Shown here in pieces: positions 48,114 through 62,261 of a stretch of DNA of 64,000 nucleotides. Position numbers and translations under genes: made by a program. Every line of letters begins with the position of its first letter. Positions within the stretch are counted from its first letter, which is position 1. The stretch comes from Planctomycetota bacterium (GTDB lineage: Bacteria; Planctomycetota; B15-G4): NCBI GenBank assembly GCA_965248575.1, contig CBDFJQ010000002.1, positions 3,104,001 through 3,168,000 of the forward strand, in the 5' to 3' direction. Below the pieces are notes generated by a model, which was not told where the DNA came from, did not search any database, and saw nothing but the letters and a program-made list of their open reading frames with translations.

Positions 48114-48765
48114 CGGCGCGGCGCGCCAACACCCACTGCTCGGCCTCGCTGGCCGGAAAGCCGATCTCCACCGCGCGCCAGCAACCCACATGCGCCGGCC
48201 CGACTGCTTGGAAGAAGCCGGTCTTGGGCCCGACGAAACTCAAGGTGTCGTGTGCAAGGACCGCCACGCCCCCGCCCACCACCTCGCCACTCGTGGCCGA
48301 CAACCCGCTCGGCACATCCACCGCCAGCACCCGGGCCGGCGAGCTGTTCACGTGCTCCACCGCCCGCCGCGCTTCCCCTTTGATGGGGCGACACAACCCC
48401 ACTCCGAACAGGCCGTCCACCACCAGGGTCTCGCTGTCGAGCACCGGCGTCTTCACTTCGCTCAGGGGTCGCCAGATCTCCAGCTCGTAGGCGCGGCCCA
48501 GCAACTCCGCGGCCACCAGGGCGTCGCCCCCGTTGTTGCCGGGCCCCACCAGGTAGACCACCCGGTCCAGCTCGTGTTCCCCGCAGAGCTCACGGATGGT
48601 CTCGGCCAGGCGAGCCCCCGCCTGCCCCATGAGTTGCTCGATGCTGAAGCCCCGCTCCTGCACCAACCACGTATCCATGGCGCTGGATTCCTCAGCGCTG
48701 TAGGCCACCGGCTCGCGAGGGTCCTGGCCGGCTGGATCCGGGTCGCTGTCCACGCGGGGGTCCAT
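48103..48765 (-). CDS. nnrE: NAD(P)H-hydrate epimerase (stand-alone YjeF_N)
   Basis: LM..AG, GPGNNGGDAL, VVDGLFG.GL, AVDVPSG. Confidence 0.85.
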   Translation of the reverse strand: MDPRVDSDPDPAGQDPREPVAYSAEESSAMDTWLVQERGFSIEQLMGQAGARLAETIRELCGEHELDRVVYLVGPGNNGGDALVAAELLGRAYELEIWRPLSEVKTPVLDSETLVVDGLFGVGLCRPIKGEARRAVEHVNSSPARVLAVDVPSGLSATSGEVVGGGVAVLAHDTLSFVGPKTGFFQAVGPAHVGCWRAVEIGFPASEAEQWVLARRAASP

Positions 48766-48952
48766 GGTGGGGGCTCTCCAGATCGCAGGTGAAAGGGTCG
48801 ACAGGGGCCAGAGGCCTATGCCTGGCAAGGACAGCGGTCGCTACCCCAGCATTTCCCACGGGAGCTGTCGGAGCCAGCCCCTTGCGGCATTGTCCCTCCG
48901 CACCACAATGCGTCCCCTCACGCTCACGCCTTCCTGACGAGACCCCGGGCCC

Positions 48953-49858
48953 TTGACCCCCGACGCTGACACCGAGAGCCCAGCCGCCCAGCCAGCGGAC
49001 TCCCCGGCGACAGCGGCACCAGATGCCGCACCGGCGGCGGCAACCGCACCGGCAGCTGCACCGGCCGTAGCGCAAAGCGTCCTCAGCACCCGCCCACCGT
49101 GGATGCGGCGCCTGCACGGCCTGCTCAAGAAGACCCCGGCCAACCCCTACTGGCTGGACATGCGGCACCTGGACGCTGCCGTGCGTCACCTGGCGCCGCA
49201 CGCCGAGGGCGTCATGCTCGACGTGGGAGTGGGCGAGCGCCCCTACGGCGAGCTCTTCACGCCCTACGTGAAGCACTACTTCGGTCTCGAATACCCGCCA
49301 GTGGTCTTCGGCAACCTGAACCCGGACCTGTGGGACTACATCCACGTCGTGCACGGCATCATCGACATCTTCGGTGACGGCCATGTGCTCGGCGTGCGCG
49401 ACGCCAGCGTCGACACGGTGCTGAGCCTCGAAGTGCTCGAACACGTCCCCGACCCCGAGCGCTGCGTCGCCGAGGTGGCTCGCGTGCTGCGACCCGGCGG
49501 CCGCTTCCTGCTCACGGTGCCGCTAGTCTCACCCTTGCATCAGCTGCCCTACGACTTCCGGCGCTTCACCCCCGCCGGCATCGAAGAACTGCTCAACCGC
49601 CACGGCCTGGAGGTGGACGAGATCCGCTCCCGCGGCAATGTGGCCTCCACCGCCGCCTCGGTCCTCTCCCATTACTTCTTGCGGCATTGGGCGGCCAAGC
49701 ACCGCAAGCACGACGGCAGTGTGGTCATGAGCAAGTGGCGCGGCGCAGCGACCCTGCCCGTCATCGCCCTGGCCCAGATGTTCTTCTTCGTGATGGAGAA
49801 GTTCGCGAAGGACGACGCGCTTTGCCTGGGGTATTCGGTGGTGGCGCACAAGCCCTAG
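48953..49858 (+). CDS. Class I SAM-dependent methyltransferase (Methyltransf_11-like)
   Basis: LDVGVGERPY, VLEHVPDP, RVLRPGG, H..PYDF.RFT. Start uncertain; N-terminus is Pro/Ala-rich. Confidence 0.85.
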   Translation: MTPDADTESPAAQPADSPATAAPDAAPAAATAPAAAPAVAQSVLSTRPPWMRRLHGLLKKTPANPYWLDMRHLDAAVRHLAPHAEGVMLDVGVGERPYGELFTPYVKHYFGLEYPPVVFGNLNPDLWDYIHVVHGIIDIFGDGHVLGVRDASVDTVLSLEVLEHVPDPERCVAEVARVLRPGGRFLLTVPLVSPLHQLPYDFRRFTPAGIEELLNRHGLEVDEIRSRGNVASTAASVLSHYFLRHWAAKHRKHDGSVVMSKWRGAATLPVIALAQMFFFVMEKFAKDDALCLGYSVVAHKP

Positions 49859-50171
49859 CAGGGCTCGTGGACGGGCGCTTGGGCCACGAGCGGAGCGCCC
49901 GGCGTCCGCTGCGGAAGATCGGGCGCAAACAATACGCCAGTGCCTGCAGAGCCTGGCCTTCTCAGTCGTTTCCACACGAGACGACGGGATTTGAGCGAAT
50001 AGATGCCCCTTCCGACTCCATGAAACGGTCTGCGATGCCGACCAATTCACAGGGAAGCCTTGACCGAATCTCTCCTGCGGAGGTCCAATTGGCTTCCGGC
50101 TGCTCGTGCACTGACGCGCAGACCGTACCCAAGCGATCTGTTCCGTTAACCCTGCTCGTCGTCTGACTCCC

Positions 50172-50576
50172 ATGAATCTCCTGCTCACCTGGACTCAGCT
50201 GTTCTTGGCCCTGGCCATGACGTTGAACGTGCCGCTCGATGCCGCACGCGACCAGGCCGAGGAGATTCAGGCGTCTTGCACAGGGAGCGCTTGCTGCTGT
50301 GACGCAGAGGGCACCGAGCCAGTCAGCGGCTTGCCCGAAGTCGCCAGCGCCACCCCGACTGGCTCATGCGGCTGCAGTGCGAGCGCGCCCACACCGACGC
50401 GCGTGCCCGATGCACTGTTGAAGCCCTTCGGCAGTGCCGACGTCCAGTGGTCGCGGGCGGACGTCTCCCCCGACACCGCAGGCGCCCGGATGCACCGGGC
50501 ATGCGCCCCCGTTCGCGACGCTCGACCACCGACGGCTCGAGCGGCACGCACGCTCACCTGCGTCTGGACTCTTTGA
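50172..50576 (+). CDS. Cys-rich small exported protein upstream of the metal efflux operon
   Basis: Hydrophobic N-terminus; CTGSACCC, SCGCS; C-terminal RPP....L.C.W.L. Confidence 0.6.
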   Translation: MNLLLTWTQLFLALAMTLNVPLDAARDQAEEIQASCTGSACCCDAEGTEPVSGLPEVASATPTGSCGCSASAPTPTRVPDALLKPFGSADVQWSRADVSPDTAGARMHRACAPVRDARPPTARAARTLTCVWTL

Positions 50577-50787
50577 TCGAGATCGCCGGCAGGCTTGCTT
50601 AGAGCGGCGCACTGCCGTTCGCAAGCAAGCTCGAGGCGCGGGCTCGACGACGCTACAGGTCGCTCTCCACGGGCGACGCTCCAGGCGTCTGCATCCTCAA
50701 CTCTGAGTTGATGCCCCCAATGATCCGCAGCTCCCGGACCCGGGCGCTGCCCCATCCGCAGCAGGTCCCCACCGAGAACTTGAGATC

Positions 50788-52188
50788 GTGATCTCCCGAA
50801 AGACCACTCGCCTCAGGCTTCCCCACCGATGCGTGGTCGTTCTCTTTGCCTCACTCGTCGGCTGCACGCTGACGCCAGAGAACTTCGACGACGCGTTGGA
50901 CGCATGGAACGATCGCGTGCACACAGGCCGTACAACCAGCCGGGGAGACGCGCCAGTTGAGCCCAAGCAGGAGCCCGAAGCGGAGTCCCTGGAGAGCCTT
51001 GCTGATCTCCTGGCCTGGGCCGACCAACGCAACCCGGCCGTGATCGCCGCAGCCCAGTCCTGGAGGGCTGCTCTCGAGCGGGTCCCGCAGGTCAACACCT
51101 TGCCGGACCCCCGCCTCAACCTCGGCTACTTCCTCGATGAGGTCGAGACCCGCACGGGCCCCATGGACTGGCGCGCGAGCCTGAGCCAATCGCTGCCCTG
51201 GTTCGGCACTCTTGAGAGTGCCGGCCAACTGGCCCTGCAACACGCGCACGCGGCGCGCGAGTCCTTCGACAAGGCACGGCTCGACGTCGCCCAACGCATC
51301 CGCGACACCTGGCATGAGCTCGCCTACGTCGACGCCGCCATCGACGTGACCCGGGGGCATCGAGACTTGCTGCTGAGCTGGGAGTCCGTGGCCCAGATCC
51401 GCTACTCGACTGGGCTTGCCAATGAGGCGGATGTGATCCGTGCGCAGGTCGAGCTGGGCAAACTGGACGACCAGCTCCGCACCCTGGAAGATTTGCGCTT
51501 GCCCACCGCTGCGCGACTCAACGCCGAGCTCGATCGCCCGCTCGATGCCCCCCTGCCCAAGCCAGAGCTGAACGGCACCCTGGGTGTGGTGGTCGATGAG
51601 GCAGCGCTCACCGCAGGAATCGGTGAAACGAGCCCCATGTTGCGCGCACGCCGCTTCGAGATTGAGGCCGCGAAGCGCCAGATCGACCTGGCGGAGAAGG
51701 CCTCCAATCCGAGCTTCTCGGCCGGGGTCGACTACACGGCGATCAGTTCCGCCCGCACATCAGGCGTGCGCGGCTCAGGCGACGATGCGGTCGCGCTGAC
51801 CGCGGGCATCAGCTTGCCCCTGCGACGCGGCAAGAACCGCGCCGCCGAGCAGCAAGCGCTCGCCCAGTGGGCGGCCGCCGTAGCGGCGCTCCGGGATGCA
51901 CACAATCGGCTGTCGGTGGAACTCCAGTACGCGATGTATCGCATGCGCGACGCCGAACGCCGCGTCGGCCTCTTCAAGGACACGCTCATCATCAAGGGGC
52001 GAGAGTCCGTCGAGATCACCCATGTGGGCTACCAGGCTGGGGAGATGGCCTTCCTGGACCTCGTGGACGCCGAGCGGGTTCTGCTGGAGTTCCAGCTGTC
52101 CGCCGCGCGAGCCCAAGCAGACCACGCACAGGCCCTCGCCGAAGTCGAACGACTCACAGGCGTGCCGCTCCATCCGGAGGAGAGATGA
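50788..52188 (+). CDS. TolC-family outer membrane efflux protein (CusC-like)
   Basis: Lipobox LVGC; NP....A, LPDP, SQ.LPWFG, Y.AG...FLDL.DA.R. Confidence 0.9.
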   Translation: MISRKTTRLRLPHRCVVVLFASLVGCTLTPENFDDALDAWNDRVHTGRTTSRGDAPVEPKQEPEAESLESLADLLAWADQRNPAVIAAAQSWRAALERVPQVNTLPDPRLNLGYFLDEVETRTGPMDWRASLSQSLPWFGTLESAGQLALQHAHAARESFDKARLDVAQRIRDTWHELAYVDAAIDVTRGHRDLLLSWESVAQIRYSTGLANEADVIRAQVELGKLDDQLRTLEDLRLPTAARLNAELDRPLDAPLPKPELNGTLGVVVDEAALTAGIGETSPMLRARRFEIEAAKRQIDLAEKASNPSFSAGVDYTAISSARTSGVRGSGDDAVALTAGISLPLRRGKNRAAEQQALAQWAAAVAALRDAHNRLSVELQYAMYRMRDAERRVGLFKDTLIIKGRESVEITHVGYQAGEMAFLDLVDAERVLLEFQLSAARAQADHAQALAEVERLTGVPLHPEER

Positions 52189-54194
52189 TGACTCCTGAAC
52201 AGGAACACGAACCCGCTCCTGCTCCCGCTGCCCCAAAGGCAACGAGCAAGAAGCCCGGCAGCGCACCTGCGAAGTCCACGGGCAGACTCGGAACGGCTGT
52301 GGTCATGCTGGTGCTCGGCCTCGCCGTCGGCCGCTTCGCATGCACGCCCGATGCCCAGCCCAGTGCACACGGCACCCATGGTGAGGGAACCGCCACGGCC
52401 GCAGCCCAGGCAGAGGTCTGGACCTGCTCGATGCATCCGCAGATCCGCATGCCTGAGCCAGGCCAGTGCCCCATTTGCTCCATGGACCTGATTCTGGTCC
52501 AGACCTCCGACGACGAGGGCCTCAATCCCAGCATGCTGCGGATGAGCGACAACGCGATGGCACTCGCCGAGATCCAGACGCAGGCCGTTGAGCGGCGCAC
52601 CGTCAACCGCGAGATCCGCATGGTCGGCCGCGTGGCCATCGACGAGACATTGCTCTCCTACATCACCGCCTGGGTGCCATCGCGTCTCGACCGTTTGTTC
52701 GTGGACTACACCGGCGTGAACGTGCGTGCCGGCGACCACATGGTCGAGGTCTACAGTCCCAACCTGATCGCCACGCAGCAAGAGCTCTTGCAAGCCGTCA
52801 AGACGCAGGAGCTGCTCAAGGACTCACCTGTGGATGTCCTCCGTAGTCGACAGAGCGAGTCGGTGAACTCCGCGAAGGAAAGGCTGCGTCTCTGGGGTCT
52901 GAGCCCTTCACAGATCAGCGACATCATCGAACGCGGCGAGCCGCTCGAACACGTCACGATCAACTCGCCTGCGAGCGGAGTCGTGATCCACAAGAACGCG
53001 CTCCAGGGTGACTACGTCGAAACGGGAACGCGCATTTACACCATCGCAGACTTGTCCCGGGTCTGGGTGACGCTGGAGGCCTACGAATCCGACCTCGCCT
53101 GGTTGCACTACGGCCAGCAGGTGGACCTGGTTTCGGAGGCCTGGCCCGGCGAGAGCTTCTCGGGTCGGATCAACTTCATCAATCCGGTGCTGAACAACAA
53201 GACGCGCACCATCAAGGTCCGGCTCAACGTCGACAACTCCGACGGACGGTTGAAGCCAGACATGTTCATGCGCGCCACGGTCAATGCGCCCATGAGCAGC
53301 TCGGGCACCATGCTCGACTCGGAGCTGGCCGACATGTGGATGTGCCCCATGCACCCGGAGATCATTCAACAGTCTGCAGGCCAGTGTTCCATCTGCGGCA
53401 TGGATCTGGCCCCCACCGGCGAGCTCGGCTTCGGCCAGGGGGAGGAAACAGATCTGCCGCTCGTCATCCCGGCCACGGCACCACTGGTCACCGGCAGGCG
53501 AGCCGTCGTGTACGTGCGCGACCCAGATGCCGAGACGCCCAGCTTCGAAGGCCGTGAGATCGAGCTCGGTCCGAGAGCAGGTGACTGGTATGTGGTCTCG
53601 GAGGGGCTCAAGGAAGGCGAGCTGGTGGTGGTGCAAGGCGCCTTCAAGCTGGACAGCGAGCTCCAGATTCGCGCCAAGCCCAGCATGATGAGCCCCGAGG
53701 GTGGCGTCCCCGCGCCCGGGCACCAGCACGACGTGCCCGAGGTCTTTCGCGTGCAGCTGGGTGCCGCACTCCCCGCGTATCTCAGCGTGCAGGAGGCGCT
53801 GGCGGCCGATGACTCCGTCACGGTGGCCGCAGCCAGCGCGACCTTCTTGAGAGCCCTCGGCGCGATCGACATGGCCGCTCTCACGGGCTCGACCCATCTC
53901 GCTTGGATGAGCGACTCCGCGCCACTGCTGAAGGCCGCGGGGCGGCTGGCCAAGGCTTCCGACATCGAAGCCCAGAGACTAGCCCTGCGCGACGTCACGG
54001 CGCCCTTCCTGCGCGCCTTGGAGAGCTACGGCTATTCCGCAGACAGCGAACCTGTCGCCGTCTTCCATTGTCCCATGGCCTTCGGCGATGGCGCCGACTG
54101 GATCCAGGCCGGTGAACAAACCTCCAACCCGTACTACGGCACCTCGATGCTGAGCTGCGGCGATCGGATTCGTCCGGTTTCGAAGGAGCGCTGA
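52185..54194 (+). CDS. RND periplasmic adaptor (CusB-like) with two heavy-metal-binding domains and a DUF3347-like C-terminus
   Basis: WTCSMHPQI..CPICSMDL, WMCPMHPEI..CSICGMDL, TRT.KVR, LKPDMF, CPMA...NPYYG..ML.CG. Confidence 0.9.
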   Translation: MMTPEQEHEPAPAPAAPKATSKKPGSAPAKSTGRLGTAVVMLVLGLAVGRFACTPDAQPSAHGTHGEGTATAAAQAEVWTCSMHPQIRMPEPGQCPICSMDLILVQTSDDEGLNPSMLRMSDNAMALAEIQTQAVERRTVNREIRMVGRVAIDETLLSYITAWVPSRLDRLFVDYTGVNVRAGDHMVEVYSPNLIATQQELLQAVKTQELLKDSPVDVLRSRQSESVNSAKERLRLWGLSPSQISDIIERGEPLEHVTINSPASGVVIHKNALQGDYVETGTRIYTIADLSRVWVTLEAYESDLAWLHYGQQVDLVSEAWPGESFSGRINFINPVLNNKTRTIKVRLNVDNSDGRLKPDMFMRATVNAPMSSSGTMLDSELADMWMCPMHPEIIQQSAGQCSICGMDLAPTGELGFGQGEETDLPLVIPATAPLVTGRRAVVYVRDPDAETPSFEGREIELGPRAGDWYVVSEGLKEGELVVVQGAFKLDSELQIRAKPSMMSPEGGVPAPGHQHDVPEVFRVQLGAALPAYLSVQEALAADDSVTVAAASATFLRALGAIDMAALTGSTHLAWMSDSAPLLKAAGRLAKASDIEAQRLALRDVTAPFLRALESYGYSADSEPVAVFHCPMAFGDGADWIQAGEQTSNPYYGTSMLSCGDRIRPVSKER

Positions 54195-54197
54195 CCG

Positions 54198-57875
<3,678 letters not shown>

Positions 57876-58121
57876 CTTGTGAAGCGTGTTGGCGGTGAGC
57901 CACCTGAGAAATTCCGGGAGCCGTAGCCCCTCGACCGAGTCGTGACGCTTCCAGGGCGGTTCTGGTGGGACAGCCCTCGAGGCTCGACTACACCCGTAGT
58001 TCAGCGTAGGGTCGGGCCGCCCGCTAGGGGGTCTAAGCTGGTGCCCAGCGGGCCGGTTTCCCCCTCTTGAGACGGGCAGGCCGGACGAACAGCAGACGAA
58101 GAACAGCAATTGGAGCGAGGC

Positions 58122-61100
58122 GTGCATCGGTTCCTGAATTTGGCGGCGGCCCTGCTGCTGCCCCTGGCTGGTTTTGCGGGCCCTTCCCCCGACGAGGCCG
58201 ACGACCTGGTCCAGTACATCGACGGGCTCCACGAGCGCGGCCTGCACGACATGGTGGCCCGGGAGGCTGATGACTTCCTGGACGAACACCCCCGCCACGC
58301 CCAGGTGAACCGGGTGCGCTACCGCCTCGGCAACGCCCTCTTCGAGCTGGGCCGCCAGGACGACGCCCTGCCCCACTTCCGTCGCCTGGCCCAATCCGGC
58401 GGCTTCGACTACCGCGCCGAGTGCGCCCTGCGCTTGGGCCAGTGCGCCCTGGAGCTCGACGATTTGGACGAAGCAGCCCAGGCCTTCGAGCTGACCCGCT
58501 CCCTGGACGCTGACTACCTGCACGTGCCCGCCACCTACCTGCTGGCCGAAGTCCACTTCCGGGCCGGGCGCTATGGCGAGGCCGAGCCCCTCTTCGACGA
58601 CGTCCTGCGCAAGGACAGCGATGGCGACTACAGCCAGGATGCCCGCTCGTCCCTGGCCTGGTGCGCCTTCCGCCTAGGCAAGCACGACCTCGCCGTGCAA
58701 CGGGCGCAACAGCTGCTCGACCGCCGGCCGCCCCAGGAACTCGCCCAGGAGATGCAGTTCGTGCAAGGCGAGGCCCATCTGGAAGCGGGTCGTTCAAACG
58801 AGGCCCGCGCGGCGTACCGCAAGGTCCAGGGCGGGGCCTTTGCTGACGCCGCCCTCCGAGGCCTTGGTTTCGCAGAGTCTGCCCGAGGCGACAACGCCGC
58901 GGCGGCCCAGGCTTTCCAACGCGTGGTCAACGAGCATTCGGGCAGCCGCTTTGCCAAGGAGTCGCGCCTGCAGTCGGGCATCCACCTGCTGCAAGCCGGC
59001 GACGCCGAGGGCGCGGCCCAGACGCTGGCCCATCGCGACCTGGGGACGGACCCGGAGACCCTCTATTGGCGCGCCCGGGCAAATGCTGCCCTGGGCAGGC
59101 ATCAAGATGCCTTGCAGCAACTCGACCGCGCTCTCTCGGGTCGGCCCGACGAAGAACTTGCGCCCCACATCCACACCGCCAGGGGCGACGCCCTCACGGC
59201 CCTCGGTCAGGGCAAGATCGCGGCCGCGGCCTACGAACGGGCAGGCAGCCTGGCCGCCCTGCACGCCGCGGCGGTGACGCGCCTCAACGCTGGCGACGCA
59301 CGCGACGCCCTGCGCCTCGTCACACCCCTGCTCGAGCGTGAGGACGCCGACGCCTCCGTCGCCCTGACCCACGCCGAAGCCCTCTTCGCCCTCAAGCGCT
59401 ACACCGAGGCGCGCGTGTCGTTCCAAAAGGCGCGCGCCACCGACGACAAGGATCTGCGACGCCGGGTCGACGCCCGCCTCGCCTGGTGCGCCTACCTCGC
59501 GGACGAGCACGGGGAGGCCGCTCGGGCCTTCGACGCCCTCGCCAGGTCCGCACCCGGCACCGCCGAAGGCATCGAAGCCCTGTTCATGGCGGGCCGCAGC
59601 CACCGCATCAACGGTGTGGACGACTCGGCCGTGCGCAGCTGGAAGGCCTATGTAGCTCTCACGCCCCACGCGGCGCGGCGCGACGAGGCCCTCATGGGCC
59701 TTGCCGAGCTCAGCGCGCCGGCGACCCAACGCACATGGCTCGACAAGCTTGCAGCAGACCACCCCCACAGCCCGCACGTCCCGGGCGCGCTCTTTGCTCT
59801 CGCCGAAGCCGACTCCCAAGGCGGAAAGTTGGCCGCTGCCGAGAAGCGCTACGCCGAGTTGGTCGCCAAGCATCCCGAACACGAGAGCGCCCCCTCGGCA
59901 CGCTACGGCCTGGCGTTTTGCCTTGTGGAGCGCGGCGCCGTGAACGAGGCCGCAGAGGCCCTGCAACCGCTCACCACCAAGCCCCGCTCCAACTCTGCTC
60001 GCAACGCCTCGCGCGCGCAGAGCGTGGACCCCGCGCTGCGTCTGGCAGCCCTCGAGTTACTCGTGTGGTGTCGCCATGAACAGGGCGATCCGCAGGGCGC
60101 CGAGGCGGCCTGGCGACAGCTCGCAGCGGAAGGTGTGGACGGCGAGCGCCTGGCCAGTGCTGCCCGCATGGTGGCAGGAGCTTGGCGCAGCGCTGACCGA
60201 CCTGACCGCGCCCTCGACATCCTCGACCAAGTGGGCACGCGCCCCGGCGCCGGCCCCGAAGCCTTGGTGGAGGGCGCCTGGATCGCGCTCGACGAAGGCC
60301 AGCCCGACGTCGCCGCCGAACGCCTAGACCTGGCGCTGGGGCAGGACGCGAACAGCGCTGCCGTGGCCGAGGCCTGCTTCTTCCTGGCCGAGGCCTTCTT
60401 CGCCAAGGGCGACGACGCCCGCGCCACGCCCTACTACCGCGCCGCCGCTGCCGCCGAAGGCAGCACCCTGGCGGACGAGGCCCTCTACAAGCAGGGCTTC
60501 GCGCACCTGCGCAGCGCAGAACCCCAGCCCGCCGCTGCCTGCTTCGGCGCCTTGGTGAAGCGCTTCCCCAAGAGCGAGCTGGTAGGCGAGTCGCTCTTCC
60601 TGGAGGGCGAAGCCTGGTACCGCATGGAGCGCTACGCTGAAGCGGTGCAGCCCCTCCAACGCCTGGTGCAGGAGCACCCGCGCCATCAGGTGTTGCCCAA
60701 GGCGCGCTTCCGCCTCGGCCTGGCCCTCGCTCAGTCGGGGCGTTGCGCCGAAGCCGAAGGCGTGTTGGCCCGCCTCGCGCAACAGTCCCCAGATTTCCCC
60801 AACATCGCCGAGGCCGAACTCTGGCGCGGTCGTTGCCTCGCGGAACAGCTGCAAGAACGCGCCGCCCTCTCCGCCTTCCAGCGCGTGATCGAACTCGACA
60901 AGGGTCTGCTCGCTGCCCAGGCGCGCCTGGGTCTCGGCCACATGCAGCTGAATGCTGGCGACACCGAGGACGCCCTGTCCGAGTTCCTCAAGGTGGCCCT
61001 GCTCTACAGCCATAGCGAAGAGGTCGCAGAAGCGCTGTTCATGGCCGGCCAGTGCCTCGAGGAAATGGGCCAGCCCGACACCGCCGCCGAGCGCTACCGC

Positions 61101-61169
61101 GAGTTGCTCGCCAGCCACCCCGACACGGCCTTCGCGCCCCGCGCCCGCAGCCGCCTCTCAGCCCTCTAG
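58122..61169 (+). CDS. Large secreted TPR-repeat protein (CpoB/BamD-like repeats)
   Basis: Signal peptide; many TPRs (YRLG, A.YG.A.C, KRFPKS); C-terminal EFLKVALLY..EALF.AGQC.E. Confidence 0.85.
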   Translation: MHRFLNLAAALLLPLAGFAGPSPDEADDLVQYIDGLHERGLHDMVAREADDFLDEHPRHAQVNRVRYRLGNALFELGRQDDALPHFRRLAQSGGFDYRAECALRLGQCALELDDLDEAAQAFELTRSLDADYLHVPATYLLAEVHFRAGRYGEAEPLFDDVLRKDSDGDYSQDARSSLAWCAFRLGKHDLAVQRAQQLLDRRPPQELAQEMQFVQGEAHLEAGRSNEARAAYRKVQGGAFADAALRGLGFAESARGDNAAAAQAFQRVVNEHSGSRFAKESRLQSGIHLLQAGDAEGAAQTLAHRDLGTDPETLYWRARANAALGRHQDALQQLDRALSGRPDEELAPHIHTARGDALTALGQGKIAAAAYERAGSLAALHAAAVTRLNAGDARDALRLVTPLLEREDADASVALTHAEALFALKRYTEARVSFQKARATDDKDLRRRVDARLAWCAYLADEHGEAARAFDALARSAPGTAEGIEALFMAGRSHRINGVDDSAVRSWKAYVALTPHAARRDEALMGLAELSAPATQRTWLDKLAADHPHSPHVPGALFALAEADSQGGKLAAAEKRYAELVAKHPEHESAPSARYGLAFCLVERGAVNEAAEALQPLTTKPRSNSARNASRAQSVDPALRLAALELLVWCRHEQGDPQGAEAAWRQLAAEGVDGERLASAARMVAGAWRSADRPDRALDILDQVGTRPGAGPEALVEGAWIALDEGQPDVAAERLDLALGQDANSAAVAEACFFLAEAFFAKGDDARATPYYRAAAAAEGSTLADEALYKQGFAHLRSAEPQPAAACFGALVKRFPKSELVGESLFLEGEAWYRMERYAEAVQPLQRLVQEHPRHQVLPKARFRLGLALAQSGRCAEAEGVLARLAQQSPDFPNIAEAELWRGRCLAEQLQERAALSAFQRVIELDKGLLAAQARLGLGHMQLNAGDTEDALSEFLKVALLYSHSEEVAEALFMAGQCLEEMGQPDTAAERYRELLASHPDTAFAPRARSRLSAL

Positions 61170-61195
61170 ACCCCAGCAGACGAGACTCCGACACG

Positions 61196-61852
61196 ATGCA
61201 AACCGAAGCGACACCACAGCTCACCAACCTGTTCGACATGCTGATGGCCGGCGGCGGCTTGATGATCCCCATCGGCGTGTGCTCCGTCATCGCCCTGGGC
61301 TTCATCGTCGAGCGCTCCATCCGTCTGCGCGGCCCGCGCCTCGGCACCAGCAGCTTCGACAAGCAATTGCGGGAGACGGTGGCCAGCAGCGGGCCCGATG
61401 CCGGCCTTAGCCTGTGCGCCGAGAACAACACCTCCGCAGCGCGCGTGATGGCCGCGGGCCTCAAGCGCGCCAGCGCCCCCTGGGTCGAGCGCGAGAAGGC
61501 CGTCGAAGACGCGGGCGCCCGGGAGTACGACCGCCTCTGCGCCAACCTCAAGCCGCTGGTGGTGATCGCCATGATCACGCCTCTGCTGGGCCTGCTCGGC
61601 ACCGTCTGGGGCATGATCGACGCCTTCGCGAACATCTCTGCGGGCGACGGCCTGGGCAACCCCGAGTCCCTCGCGGCCGGTATCAGTACGGCGCTGGTCA
61701 CCACCGCCGCCGGCCTGGCCGTGGCCATCCCCACCCAGGCAGCCTACTTCTACTACCGCGGCCGGGTCGACCGCTTCGTCCGCCGCACGGAGGACCTCTA
61801 CCAGGATCTCTCCGACCTGCTGACACCGTCTGCTGAGCGCGCGCAGGCATGA
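61196..61852 (+). CDS. MotA/TolQ/ExbB proton channel protein
   Basis: GG.LMIPI..CS, PLLGLLGTV.GMI.AF, GIS.AL.TTAAGL.VAIP. Confidence 0.95.
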   Translation: MQTEATPQLTNLFDMLMAGGGLMIPIGVCSVIALGFIVERSIRLRGPRLGTSSFDKQLRETVASSGPDAGLSLCAENNTSAARVMAAGLKRASAPWVEREKAVEDAGAREYDRLCANLKPLVVIAMITPLLGLLGTVWGMIDAFANISAGDGLGNPESLAAGISTALVTTAAGLAVAIPTQAAYFYYRGRVDRFVRRTEDLYQDLSDLLTPSAERAQA

Positions 61853-62259
61853 AAATCCGCAAGCGCGATGACGACGAGCCGGTGCTGAACCTCACGCCCA
61901 TGATCGACGTGGTGTTCCAGCTGCTCATCTTCTTCATGGTCGCCACCACCTTCCTGGACCCGGAGAAGGAGATCGGCATCGAGTTGCCGGAGGCGGCTTC
62001 GGGCGTCGCGGCGGAAGAGGACAAGCAAGAACTCGTCATCAACATCTTCGCGGACGGGCGCATCGTGCTCTCGGGTCGCGAGATCGAGGCGGACGACCTG
62101 CTCAGCGAACTGCGCGCCGCCGCCCAGGCGGACTCCAAGCGACCCGTGACCATTCGCGGTGACCGCCTCGTGCACCACGAACGGGTGGTCTACGTCATGG
62201 ACGCCTGCGGTCAGGCGGGCCTGTTGAACCTGGCTGTCGGCACCATGGAAGGCAGCTAA
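61849..62259 (+). CDS. exbD: ExbD/TolR biopolymer transport protein
   Basis: NLTPMIDVVFQLLIFFMV, LP.A, IRGD, V.VMD. Confidence 0.92.
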   Translation: MKIRKRDDDEPVLNLTPMIDVVFQLLIFFMVATTFLDPEKEIGIELPEAASGVAAEEDKQELVINIFADGRIVLSGREIEADDLLSELRAAAQADSKRPVTIRGDRLVHHERVVYVMDACGQAGLLNLAVGTMEGS

Positions 62260-62261
62260 CC

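Noticed and set aside
49863..49901. Apparent H-type pseudoknot (GCTCGTGG/CCACGAGC with CGGGCGCT/AGCGCCCG)
   Set aside because: The connecting loop of about 2 nt is too short; more likely alternative GC-rich hairpins after a stop codon.
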